From: Octopus vulgaris
Lineage: Eukaryota
DNA: 64,000 bases
Reading direction: 5' to 3'
Assembly (NCBI GenBank): GCA_951406725.2
Contig: OX597818.1
Span: forward strand, 63,736,001 to 63,800,000
The notes under the pieces were generated by a model. It searched no databases, was not told the origin of the DNA, and worked only from the letters and a program-made list of their open reading frames with translations. A program made the translations under genes and the position numbers. Each line of letters begins with the position of its first letter. Position 1 is the stretch's first letter. This document shows positions 34,933-48,419 of the stretch, in pieces.

Positions 34933-37695
34933 TATATATATATATATTTATATACCAAATTTATGACTTCTAATCACTCTTTCATGCTGCAACGATTCCT
35001 GTTCAACATTATACGTTTATCAATATCATACATCAGTGAATCCTCGGTTTATGTAAGCTATTGTGGCTGCTGTTGCAATATTTTGGATGTTTAGCTCCGC
35101 TTCGTGTTTCATATAGCAGACTAACCATTATAGGCTTTCCAGCTATGACAACCCCGACATTCATTGAAGATATTGCCCACTCCGTATATATATTTCAACG
35201 CCGCTAGAGTTATCATCTAGAACGTGATATGAGAAAGAAACATGTCTGTTATTTCCTGCAGCTCTAATGATCAGGTTATTCAATATTATGATTAGGAAAG
35301 CACGTATTTGGAAGAGTTGTTAGAATGCCTTGCATTATTCTTATTTCTTCGAATTTCATAGAACTCAACTTTATATTTCATGCAGTCAATTACGATAAAT
35401 TGCCGGTCAAATAATCGAATCCATTAATCGTATCTCACTTTATCGCTCTACATATTCTGCTTCTGTTTCAAAATTGGATGCGTTCTACCGTTAAAGTCCA
35501 ATTAAAACACCGACTCTCTTACAAACAGAGGAACAGTTAAATGAATAACTAACAGTCTGTTCTCATTGGGAAAAGATGTTACTGAAATTGTCTATGAAAC
35601 GATCAGCAAGGAAAGCATCAATGTAATAGGTGAAAAAAAGTGGCATGGCTTGGCTCTCCACTGGATGAGAGTAAAAAAATCAAAATCAGAAATCAATATG
35701 ATCCACCAAATAAAAACATCAAAAAATTGAATAATATGTGTATTATATAAAAAATATATATCTGAATTTGTCTACAGATTTGAGAGAAAAAATGATACTT
35801 TTAAGAATTTAATCAATACATGCAATCGCAAAACAATGAAATCAGCAAATTTGAGATTTCAATTCAGAACTAAAACTATTTCATTGAAATCCCCTTAGTT
35901 AAACCAGAAAACTTAACATTCTAAATATATATTAGAATAGAAGATAGATTTAAAAACTTCACAAGACACTCTTGCTATTTTTACATGGCCCTCTATGTCA
36001 TGGATATGAGATAGATATACAGAATTATGTATGCATGTTTGACAAAATTTCTTTTTCTAAGTAGTATAGATAAAGATTGAAAAAACATACACAGATATAA
36101 AAATAATAATTCTTAACTAAACGATAAACGGTAGAAATCACAGATTTGGATGCTGGTTTGTCGGTCATTCTAAATGAAAGAAAAGCAGACAAAATATCGT
36201 TAGGGGTTGGCTGCGATGTTTATTTGAAATAATAGGTCAGATCTGAGAAAATATGATTAGAGGAGAGGAGTCAGAAGGGTGCTTTACAGTCACGGGTAAA
36301 AGTTGTAAGGTCTAATGGACAGAGCAAGGTTAGTAACAGTTCCCATTATTAAGAGTTCCCGTTGATCTATCTATCTAACAGCCTGCTCGTGAAAATAATA
36401 TGCAAGTAGTTGAGCACTCCACAAACATGAGTACATGTAACGTAGGTCTCGGGGAGATTCAGTGTGACGCAGGAGTCTGGCCCTTTCAGTTAGTCGAACT
36501 CACAAACTTCAGCTGAATTCTGTTCACTAAGGCATGCGCTTTCACGTTCACCTATGCAACACTTCTCGTTAGATTTGTGTGAAAGCAGCGGCGCAATTAA
36601 TTAATTTTTTTGTTCAATTGAAATTTATTTCACGTTGCGTGCTGATATCGAAGGAAGCCTTGTGGGCAACCTCGCCTTTGTATATCACTACTCATATATG
36701 GTACTATGCATGTAGTGGCAACTTTTTAGAGTTTCAGCAAATTAATAGGGCTCTGTGTTGATATTATTCTTTTTATATTGTGTGACAATGGTGGTCATTG
36801 CGCCGTATCTTGTTTTTATAGAGTGTTTCGAAGTTGGCGACAATGAAATAGACTTCGTTAAACTTTGTGCCAAACATCCATTTATAGTTGCTGTTGTTAA
36901 GATAAATGATAAAAATACCACCAGTACGCTAAATAAATACGCCTCCCAGCCGACAATATCGTGTATATTTCTTATTGATCAGTTTTTAAGAAACAGTTCA
37001 CTATGTGTCCAACAATAATTCGAAGACAGCATTGAAGATTTTGTAGGTTAAATCTTATTGCAATATTTTCTACTTCACAACTGTATGCAAAACAAACTAA
37101 ACTATCAGAAATAATACTATTAAGTATATATGTAAGTTGCACAAATATTGATTTCTATATAAATAACGTATATATTCTGTTTTGACAGATAAAGAAGTAA
37201 ATATTTGATTATCTGAAATGAAATTTTATAAATGGTTTTATTGAGGCAATTTTATCTTAATCGGTTAGTTTACTGAATGTCTATTTATATGACCATGGTA
37301 CGACATGAAGAAAACTCAAACTGTTTCTATTACGTTTAAAAATACCTGTGGAGCAGGGAATTTAATCTTGATTCGTGTCATTGTGAATCACATTTGTTTT
37401 AACCTTTGTCGACTGAGATTAAAAAAGATATTTTATGTCCACCATTCTGAGAGCCTGAAATAGCATTTCAGATAAAATTTAGATTGTAAATTATTGGACA
37501 AGAATGTTGCTAGAGGTTTAACATCCACAGACATCAGTCACATAATTTTTGGAGCGTAAAATAGATATTATACATATTAGTGCATGGACGTACGAGTTGG
37601 TATGTGTGTAATATATTGTGAATGTGTGCATTCGTAGAAATTTGTAGATATCTTTTTGTCTATATATAAAAAATATGCGTAGATTCTCATTGTAC

Positions 37696-37753
<58 letters not shown>

Positions 37754-37827
37754 ATATCTATCTATCTATCTATTGCTTCTTCTCTCTCTTCTCCCTCTTT
37801 CTTCGTGTATATATATATATATATATA

Positions 37828-38146
37828 GTGAGGGCGCGTGGCTTAGTGGTTAGGGTATTCGGCTCATGATCGTAAGGTTGTGAGTTCGATTCCCGCCGAC
37901 GCGTTGTGTCCTTGAGCAAGACACTTTATTTCACGTTGCTCCAGTCCACACAGTTGGCAAAAATGAGTTGTACTTGTATTTCAAAGGGGCAGCCTTGTCA
38001 CTCTCTGTGTCACGCTGATTATCCCTGAGAACTACGTTAAGGGTACACGTGTCTGTGGAATGCTCAGCCATTTGCACGTTAATTTAACGAGCAAGCTGTT
38101 CCGTTGATCGTATCAGCTGGGACCCTCGTCGTCGTAACCGGCGGAG

Positions 38147-38148
<2 letters not shown>
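37828..38148 (+). mobile_element. tRNA-derived SINE, family D head
   Basis: gagggcgcgtggcttagtggttaggg...gagttcgattccc, then gtgtccttgagcaagacac; tail shared with the 39543 copy. Confidence 0.88.
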
Positions 38149-38185
<37 letters not shown>

Positions 38186-38188
<3 letters not shown>

Positions 38189-38308
38189 GCCTGCTCGCTT
38201 AGCCAGCGGGGTGGCATCATTCGAAGGCTAAAACAATGCCAAGACGCATTGTGACCAGCGATGTGTAGCAACATCTGATAGCCTGGTCGGTCATGGTGAT
38301 CACGGTGA
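38186..38308 (+). mobile_element. SINE 3' tail fragment
   Basis: Matches the tail of the 13263-13567 SINE (ttggcctgctcgcttagccagcggggtgg...ggtcggtca). Confidence 0.85.
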
Positions 38309-38354
38309 TATATATATATATATATATATGTATCTATCTAAATATATGTATGTA

Positions 38355-38687
38355 GTGAAGGCGCATGGCTCAGTGGTTAGAGCGTCGAGCTTACGATCGT
38401 GAAGTTGTGATCTCGAATCATGGACCGGGCTGCGTGTTGTGTTCTTGAGCAAGAGACTTTATTTCCCGTTGCTCCAGTTAACTCAACTGTAGAAATGAGT
38501 TGCGACGTCACAGGTGCCAAGCTGTATCGGCCCCTTTGCCTTTTCCTTGGATAACTCTGATGGCGTGGAGAGGGGAGGCCGGTATGGTGGTCTTCCATAA
38601 ACAACGTTGCCCGGACTTGTGCTTAGGAAGGTAACTTTCTAGGTGCAATCCCATGGTCAGTGTCGTGACCGAAGGGGGTCCCATATC

Positions 38688-38690
<3 letters not shown>
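38355..38690 (+). mobile_element. tRNA-derived SINE, family D-like head with a different tail
   Basis: gaaggcgcatggctcagtggttagagcg...gtgttcttgagcaagagactttatttc. Confidence 0.85.
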
Positions 38691-38731
<41 letters not shown>

Positions 38732-39059
38732 ACGTAGATTGATTGCAGTACTCTACGGTTGTTTCCGACGTGTTATTTAAAGTCAATAAACCGGTTTAAA
38801 TGATCTCTGCATTTTCAAATCCTCTTTCCTATATATAAGTGGTATTTACTAGACCCAGGATGGCAGGTAAGGCTATGTAAGTGCTACGGAAGGACCGTAG
38901 CTACACTCTCGGTTCCATTGTGATACGAGAGAGGAATCAAACGTGGGTGCAGTGTGTGCATATATATATGAAATAAAATGAGACAACAAAGCCAAGTGTA
39001 TATATATATGTATATAGGTGTGTGTATGTGTTTATATATTTATATCTGTATATATATAT

Positions 39060-39272
39060 TCAAAATGTGACCGCGTGTGTATCGTTGGCGATTTTTTCGC
39101 CTCCGTCTTCCCTTCCTTGGATCTTCCCTTTTCCCATGTTTCTGACGAAGAGCTCCGCTCGAAACGTTAATTCCAACTTTTCTTTCCTTTCTTGAGCGTC
39201 CAATAACACTATACTTGTTCCACGTTCTCGCGTTGTTTTGTTTTTTTCTCTTTGAGTTTTCATGTTTGGATT

Positions 39273-39276
<4 letters not shown>
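39060..39276 (+). mobile_element. Short hammerhead-bearing pLTR-like element in (TA)n
   Basis: About 215 bp between TA tracts with a central HHR. Confidence 0.65.
39138..39172 (+). ncRNA. Minimal type I hammerhead motif
   Basis: gttt-CTGACGA-a-gagc(tcc)gctc-GAAA-cgTT|aatt; core intact, stem I short. Confidence 0.75.
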
Positions 39277-39333
<57 letters not shown>

Positions 39334-39542
39334 CATACATACATACATATGTTCATACAAACACTCACACTCACACATACTCAGATACGCGCATATTTGC
39401 ATTTCCCTCTATATACGTATGCACCCCATACCCATATCAATGTAACTAGACCTGTATCACTTTTGTTCATCAATAAAGAACACATCTGAAATAGCAACAC
39501 ATCAATGCCTTTGTTTTACACTTCACCAAATAATACGATTAT

Positions 39543-39927
39543 GGAGGCGCAATGGCCCAGTGGTTAGGGCAGCGGACTCGCGGTCATAGGATCGTGGTTT
39601 CGATTCCAGACCGGGCGTTGTGAGTGTTTATTGAGCGAAAACACCTAAAAAGCTCCACGAGGCTCCGGCAGGGGATGGTGGTAATACCTGCTGTATTCTT
39701 TCACCACAACTGTCTCTCACTCTTACTTCCTGTTTCTGTTGTACCTGTATTTCAAGGGGCCGGCCTTGTCAATCTCTGCGTCACGCTGAATATCCCCGAG
39801 AACTACGTTAAGTGTGCACGTGTCTATGGAGTGCTCAGCCACTTACACATTAATTTCACGAGCAGGCTGTTCCCTTGATTCGGATCAAGCGGAACCCTCA
39901 TCGTCGTAACCGACGGAGTGTTTCCAC
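39543..39927 (+). mobile_element. SINE family C with 12-bp TSD
   Basis: aataatacgatt at 39529-39540 and 39928-39939; tRNA-Arg-like head. Confidence 0.93.
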
Positions 39928-40607
39928 AATAATACGATTGGATCTGCCGTCTATAGCCGACAGTTCAATACGTTCGTTGATCACGCCAAGTATCACTTTG
40001 ATAACACGTCGTGTATTCAGTCTGTATTTGTGGATCTATGCGAAAGTGGAATGACAAATCCGTATTTACTGTAGTAAGTACGTATATATCAGTACAAATT
40101 GTTGGTAGATAATTGCTCGAGAAATTCCTCTCACAATCCATTAACTTCAAGTTCGAAAATACGAAACTGCCGTATTGCTATCAATTTTACGAAATGTACT
40201 TTAGAGATTTGGTCGAGAGAATCTGCAGGATAAACATTACAATGGAGTGAAAGTCATATTAGATAAAAAGAAAGCATTGCCCAGCACCGAGTAATTCCTG
40301 TCCAATCTGAATAATACCTGGATATAATTAACTTTAAGGAGATAAAAATGATAGCAGATTTGTAAAATTTAAATTTACTGCACCAAAATAACTGTCAATG
40401 TTTGTAATGACATTTACATATACAAAATTATTAAGTTAGGTTGTCTTCTACAGCAATCGGATTCGAATACACTAAGATATACTTGCAAATAGTTACATAT
40501 ACACAAACACACGAAATCGTGCACGCAAACGCACACATGCAAAGACACACATTTACACACATATTTAAAGCTTTCACTCAAGAATGTACACATGGATATA
40601 TTATTCT

Positions 40608-40741
40608 CTATATATATACATATAAATATATGTGTACATATCTATATATATATATATATACATACACACACACACATATATATATATATATACATATGTA
40701 TATCCTTATATATATATATATATATATATACATATGTATAT

Positions 40742-40787
<46 letters not shown>

Positions 40788-40794
40788 GTATATC

Positions 40795-40843
<49 letters not shown>
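40608..40843. repeat. (TA)n tract with repeated catatgtatatcctt spacers
   Basis: Seen directly. Confidence 0.9.
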
Positions 40844-40850
<7 letters not shown>

Positions 40851-43344
40851 TCTTGTCTCTATGAAAATATGTATGTTGACATATAGATATGTGTGTATTT
40901 ATGTGTGACTGTGTATATATACGTATATACATATACGTTCAAACACACACACTCGGGTATATATGTGAGCATATATACACACACGCACATTCATAGACAG
41001 AGAGAAAAAGAGAGAAAGAAGAGAGAGAAAGAAGAGAGAGATAGAATAGAGGAAGAGAGAATAGAGAGATGCAGAATATATATAGAAAGGGAGACAATCT
41101 CAATATAGAATACATTTTGTAGCGCTCAAATTTATATATATATATTGGCGAAGGTATGTATTCATGTATGTATGTATGTATATATGCGCGTTTAAATCCG
41201 TGCGTGCGTGAGAGAGTGTACGTGTTTGATCTGTTCTTACATAAGCAAATATTCATGCATTTCAAAATATAATATTTCGTATTTTTCATCATTAACTTCC
41301 CTGCATACCCTCAACAATTTTAAGAAATATTAATTCTCACTTTTCAAACACAAATCGCTCATAAATATTTGTTTATGTGTGTATATACATACACTTGCGC
41401 GTGCACACACATACACACATGCACGCAAACACACACACGTATGTGTATAAATATATTTCCACTTAGACACATGTGTGTGCGTGTCTTTGTGTAAACATAT
41501 ATGAATATCTCGGGGAGATTTTCTATCCAAGACATAGCGCTTCCAATGTTTGTTTTGCCAGTAAATGTGAAATTATAAACGAAACTATGCTAAAGTTCAT
41601 TGAAGGAAAGATATTTGTAAATAATAATGTATGAAAGAAACCGAGAACTGGTTTTAATTCACCTGTCAATATTGTAGCTCAGCATAAATTTCGTGTTTTA
41701 ATATCTCACAGAATAAATAGTTTCGTGAATTTGATTAAATATCTAACATTTATTCATGCATATATACATTTATGCGTACATAAACACACGGCACATTTTT
41801 CCCTACCAAATCTTGCTTATGTATGCATCTCTCATCATATATGTTGCCTAGAGACATGTCAGATAGCTTTGGGCGTTTGTATTTGTATTAATACAAATTT
41901 ATTGCAATGAATAAATTTGTTTATATTTCGCTTATTTCATAAATAAGGTGTTTCCAGTTCAAAAGGAAATAACCTCGTAAATACATGTTACATGCATGAT
42001 GTAAAACATTTAAGAAATTTGAATGTCATTTACTATCTATTTACATTACATACAGTTTCTTTTCATGTTATGTATATGTTTCAATCTTAAGTTTTACTTC
42101 CCATCATAAGCGGCAGAATTTAAACAACTATTTTGACTTCTGTATAGAGCAAACACAAATATAGAAACTGCTAATTTAGTATTTGGATGTTTCATGAATC
42201 ATAAAATATTCCACATAATGAATAATTTAATTTTATATTAAGCTTTTCATTTAATGTTGTGGGGAATAATTTTATGAATAATGGCTGACATTATGCTATA
42301 TATAGTAATTCGCATATGTTCCTGCACTATGATATGAATATCTCAAACTAATATATGTTTAATATTTCTTTAGTATGTTTGGTTGTGTGAATTTCCGTCG
42401 GAGTGTTAATTTAAAAGATGGACATGTTGAATGTGGTAGATAATGATATACAATTTAGTAAATAAGTATTATAGTTTAGCCCCTGGCCAACCAGGATCGA
42501 CAAAAATACAATCAATTATATTCGACCTCAAACTAATTTCTGATGAAATTATACTGAAATTTGCAAATTATTCTGTGATATTCTATCAAAGAAAATCTAA
42601 TTATGAATAGCAAATAAGTATTTTATATCGCTGGCAAAATGGTTGTAATTCCAGGAAGTGTCGCAATATGCTGCTATCCATAGGTTCACTTCAGTCTTGA
42701 TGTTAGTAGCAAAATAATCAAGGAATCTCCACTCACACATGATCGATTACCTGCTAATGTTTACTCGTCAACTTGAAGTATTCTTTGTTACGGTTATACT
42801 GATTGGAATCACAGAATGCCTATTGCAATCCTTAGTGGTTTCTCAGGAAATATCTTACTGAATGACGTGTGCAATATCATCCAATCGTGTTGCAATACTT
42901 ACGAAAGACACGAGTGGTTTGCATCATCTGAAACATTATGAACTAATAATGAAAATAGACCAACAATACTTATGAGATGTATATTCGGCAATTCAGGCGA
43001 TTTAAAAACATTTCTATAAACACACTATCCGTATACTTTAGCAATTCGATAGCGTATGGAACTGTTAATAGGCATCTATAAAATATCCATTCTTCAGAAA
43101 CAAAATTACCATTTATAGGTGGAAGTGCTACATATTTCCTATCAGACTGTGGATTTTCCCCTACTCATTCCCCGAGATGTAAAAGGAATGTTTAGGAATT
43201 TTACGAGGAAGTTCTTTTGCCGCAGGAATCATTTCATTCACTCATTTGTGTCGTTCAATGTAGACCGAAATAAATATTAAGTAGTCCCAAAAAATAGATA
43301 TTCTTGTCATGCTTGATGTATGTATTTTAAAAATATAATATTAT

Positions 43345-43472
43345 TTTACTCATTTACATTTTTCAGGGAGCACCGCCTTTATTCGATCAAATCGACCCTA
43401 GGACTTATTCTTTGTAAACCTGGTACTTATTCTCTTTGTATCTTATGCCGAACCGCTACGTTACGGGGACTT
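43345..43472 (-). mobile_element. Family A SINE tail fragment
   Basis: ggagcaccgcctt...aaatcgacccta...tgccgaaccgcta. Confidence 0.7.
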
Positions 43473-43806
43473 AAACCCAGAGTTTATATAGTAATGATTA
43501 GTGCAGTATCTAGTTTGCCGATATCATTCTCTTGCAACTGTTTTTCGTAAATTCTTCACAAACCGAATAATTTATTCTATGCCTAGGAGAATGTTCTCTA
43601 CATGTAAATTTCAGGATGGTGTGTATAGCTAAATTTTCGAATTTCACTTCAGACGTAAATGCTATGCTTCTAAATTATTTGATTTACTAACCCGTATATG
43701 TACACATCTATCATCGATATTTTTCCCGTTGTATTTCGCTTAAGGCTACTGGTTGATCTGTATTCTGACTTTATTAAGAATATAGCATTTATGACTAGAA
43801 TTTTAA

Positions 43807-44070
43807 GGAAGCGCAATGGCCCAGTGTTTAAGGTAGCAGACTCGCGGTCAGAAGATTGCGGTTTCGATTTCCAGACCGGGCGTTGTGTGTGTTTATTGAG
43901 CGAAAACACCTAAAGATCCGCGAGGCTCCGTTCACCCCAAATTTCTCTCACTCTTTCTTCCTGTTTCTTGAGTGACGCTGCGATGGACTGGCGTCCCGTC
44001 CAGCTGGGGGAACACATACGCTAGAGAAACCGGGCCTATGAGCTTGGCTAGGCTTTAAAAGGGCGCATAA
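43807..44070 (+). mobile_element. SINE family C head with a third tail type
   Basis: Head as 39543; tail ctgcgatggactggcgtcccgtccag...gaaaccggg resembles the Meta domain from recall. Confidence 0.82.
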
Positions 44071-44560
44071 AAATAATTTTAAAAAATCATGATTTGAATT
44101 TTAAACTTTAGTGTCATCATAAAGTGAATATGACAACCGATCTTATTGCCGTATCACGTCTCTGTATATTATTTTCTCATTCTCTCCTCTCAAAATCAAT
44201 CGTCTCCTACCAAATCTAGTACTATCTAAATAATTCAACTTCAGTTCACATCAAACTATAAGAGTAGCAGCACTTTGATAAAAGCTCCAGAGAGGCATAA
44301 CCAGAAGCTTAACCTGGATGCAACTGTAAACCATATTGGGAGACATGAATGGAAGAAAGAAATATGTCGGACAGAATTAAATTAAAGGCGGTGTATAGTT
44401 CTCTGTAAGAATGAAAGTGGTGTAGACGTAATTTTATCCGGATTTGTTTTTATTCTCTTGGATATCAATTCAGAAAACTATTCCACCCGATTTACCCAAC
44501 GGGTGGAAAACGCTGAGATTCCATACAACGAAAGGCCATAGGTTACGCTTTAACATATAT

Positions 44561-44650
<90 letters not shown>

Positions 44651-44706
44651 TAGATAGATAGATGGATAGATAGATAGATAGATAGATAGATATATGCATA
44701 AATATA

Positions 44707-44764
<58 letters not shown>

Positions 44765-45489
44765 AGGAGAGTATATAAGAATACAGGAATAAATTATCTA
44801 AGCGATTACAGTGGTAGCCCTCACCAGGTATAATCCCGTATACGTCTAACCGTATCAAGCAGTAATAAGCGTCAATATAATAATCAATTAGCGTTAGAAA
44901 TCCCGCTATAATTCCTCGAATCGATAACTCTAGCTTCAGAGATCTTGAACATGAATATCATCAGGAGGGTAGATGTCGAAACTCGCTTGTTGAAAGATAC
45001 TGAATGAAGGTGCACATAAAATAATGCTGGTTTTCATAAGCAAGTGTACATATAATGTGCATCAGAAACACGTTCGCTCATTTTCAACAACTAATTATAC
45101 TGTATGAATAACTGTACAATTATAAAAATATCCAATTCAGTACAAGTTTGATATTTTGATAATATTTGATGTATATATATTCGTCTCTGTTGCGTTTACA
45201 TTCTTTCCTTCTACCAAGAAATCTAATGCCCATAGCTTAGTTTTTTCCTTGGGGCTGGCCGAGTTGGAGCAAATATCAGAATTAAACAGCCGAAATTTGC
45301 CATGATGATTCGGTTTCTGATTGAAGATTGAAGGCTTCGAATGACTTGTCTGTTTTCCGTGTTCGTCCCTTCGTGTATTTCACGTTTTTTATATATAAAT
45401 TTTTATTCCTATATGTAAATATATATGTATATCTTTACTCTTTGTAGCGAAAACGTGAAAAATATGTAATAATATAAATATGTTAAATT

Positions 45490-45860
45490 CTAGAAAGGGT
45501 CAGTACCTCATATCGGCATTGAACTAGACGCCCTTTTATTATACCAAAGCTACCATCCACGCCATCGAAATTCAGGAACAGGCACTGCAATAGTTTAGGG
45601 TTCAGAAGCCCTCAGCTGTTCAATTATTTGTCACAAAACCTAAGAAATCTATATCAGGGGGTAGTAGTTATCTTCAAAAGGAAACTAGACATCCTCATCA
45701 CCTGAAACAAGAACCCGACATAAGAAGCAGATGAACGTAACTGAAACAAATTCCCCTCATGCACCAAATGGGTCAACAAGTGGAAGAGTGTCACATACAG
45801 GAGTGGTGGTGTTAAACACACCAGACTAAGGAAATCGGAAGGATCATGGTGGAGGTCCCG
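45490..45860 (+). mobile_element. CR1-clade LINE C-terminal relic
   Basis: Translates PKLPSTPSKFRNRHCNSLGFRSPQLFNYLSQNLRNL...FKRKLD, homologous to the end of the 1063-2586 ORF (LFN...F...LD). Confidence 0.7.
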
Positions 45861-45941
45861 CTCCACACACACATACACATATATACATATACATATATAA
45901 TATATATGTATATATGTATACATATATATAGATATACACAC

Positions 45942-45972
<31 letters not shown>

Positions 45973-46022
45973 TACATGTTTGTGTCTATGTGCGTGTGTA
46001 TTTATATATATATATGTGTGTG

Positions 46023-46089
<67 letters not shown>

Positions 46090-47686
46090 ATATGTATGCA
46101 TGTGCGTATGCATACATACATCAAATTTTGGGATGCCTGTAAAACGACAAGCATAGACAGCTCTTTGAATCCTAGAATCAAGGGAGGCAATTGTTTAAAA
46201 CTTAATTTGATTCCAAAACTAATATTATAATTTCTTTTCATATGAAATAAAATTACAATTATGTATAATACAATAAATATTATTATTGTAACTAAAAATA
46301 TAATTATACCGAAGTGCACCTTTCACTGTTAATTATAAGTTACGGACTAATAGGAAATTACGAAAAAGCAATTAAATTGCAGTAGAAATTAAATATTAAA
46401 GTTAATGAAATTTTTTCAAAATCATTTCTTATATATTTGCTATGTATAATTGACTTAAAATATCGGTCAATTCATTTATATATGATTTAATTAAGAGCAG
46501 TAAATACAATATTTATTTCACTGTTTCATTTATTCATCTATCCTTATGACACTAACATGGATCTTCAACACACATACAGACACAAATACTTGTGTGTGTT
46601 CGGATGGATACATATACTGATGCGTATATATCCACACATATGTATGCTGTATATGTGTTTGTGCGATTGTGCTTGCTTGCATGTGTGTGTGTGTACATAT
46701 GAACGCGTTTGTAAGAGAAATTAAAACGTGCCTCTTCAAACAGATGGTTTTGATCATTAATAAATGAAGATTAATTATAATATGAAATATAACGCTATGG
46801 AATAAATGATGAGAAATATTCCACTGATTAAGTTCTGTTTCATTTATTATGCATGCTCTATACACTTTGTCATCGATTTTGTAAACCTCAAACAGATTAG
46901 AATAATCATAACTGATTTTTTTATGAATTTCTCTATTTTTTCATTTAATATAATGAAATAAAAAAATAACAAAATTGCAAGTGAAGAAGAGGGAGATAAC
47001 ACATTTATTTTTAATTACATTATTCACTAATATGAGTTAAAATTGGATAAAGAATGAAATGCCTTAAAAATGCGATAAACACGTAATTGAATCGGTATCC
47101 TGGAAAACGTTATTTATAATGGAACGCTTCTTAGTATAACCTAAGATGTATTTAGGTACATCTGTTAGTTTTTATGTTAAACCCCATATGCTGTATTCCC
47201 TTCGGGTTCCTTTCGTCTCGTTAATACAGTTCAATAATGAATAGTTATTAACTATGGACATATAAGTAATAAAATATAATGATAAATACATCGTTACATA
47301 GTCACGTGGAGCAAAACTTCTGATTTAAAGTAGTCTGATGCTAATGGCACTGTGGCAATATATAATTCATATTTAAATAAATATATGATAGATATTGGTT
47401 ATATAAATAATCACTCACTCACATACACACGCACATACATAAGTGCGCACAAACGCTTGTGCTGTTGCTATGCATGGATACCTGACGGTGGAACGAGCTC
47501 ACATGCTGTATGTATCCACATAATTTTGTGTATGCGTAAGAGATCGGGCATTTCTTTAGGTGACATTGTTAGCAGGAATGTTAAGTAGCCAGGGTATAAT
47601 CAATTAGTATTAGATGAATATGAATATATACATACATGCATAAACATAAACACACACTTATATATATATACAAATATATATATATA

Positions 47687-47888
47687 GTCGCCATGATAGA
47701 TCGTTAGCTACTACACAGATTTTTTTCTTTCCTTGTTTCTCTCCTTGTTTTTTTCTGTGACCCTTTCAGTAGAAGAGCGTAGGCTCGAAACGTAAAATAC
47801 TTTTTCTATTCCTGAGCGTTATACAAATACATCTGTTTGTTTTGTACACCTCCTGTCTTCGTCTTTTGTTTTTTTCGTAAAATCTCCC
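47687..47888 (+). mobile_element. Short pLTR-like element with decayed hammerhead (47763-47797)
   Basis: ttt-CAGTAGA-a-gagc(gtag)gctc-GAAA-cgTA|aaa; same stem II and downstream tgagcgt as the 39060 element. Confidence 0.6.
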
Positions 47889-47934
<46 letters not shown>

Positions 47935-47995
47935 TGTATGTATGTATGTATGTATGTATGTATGTATGTATGTGTATATTTATATATATATACAT

Positions 47996-48370
47996 ACTCT
48001 TTACTCTTTTACTTGTTTCAGTCATTTGACTGCGGCCATGCTGGAGCACCGCCTTTAGTCGAGCAAATCGACCCCGGGATTCATTCTGTGTAAGCCCAGT
48101 ACTTATTCTATCGGTCTCTTTTGCCGAACCAGCATCGATTGTCAAGCAATGCTAGGGGGACAAACACAGACACACAAACACACACATACATATATATACA
48201 TATATACAACAAGCTTCTTTCAGTTTCCGTCTACCAAATCCACTCACAAGGCATTGGTCGGCCCGGGGCTATAGCAGAAGACACTTGCCCAAGATGCCAC
48301 GCAGTGGGACTGAACCCGGAACCATGTGGTTGGTAAGCAAGCTACTTACCACACAACCACTCCTGATCCT
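47996..48370 (-). mobile_element. SINE family A, near full length
   Basis: Near-identical reverse complement of 63259-63648, sharing an internal deletion relative to the 23267 copy. Confidence 0.92.
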
Positions 48371-48419
48371 ATATATGTATATGTATAGATGCATATATCG
48401 AGACACATAGATACACGTA

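Noticed and set aside
38775-38822. Minus-strand TTGAAAA...AAACCGGTTT HHR-like motif
   Set aside because: G12 is absent and stem I does not close.
42903-42927. 25-nt minus-strand segment between tttcag and gtaagt
   Set aside because: Single occurrence, not frame-preserving, expected by chance in 64 kb.
44915-44970. Minus-strand CTGATGA...GAAGCTAG HHR-like motif
   Set aside because: GAAA is mutated and stems are poor; possibly a relic but not supportable.
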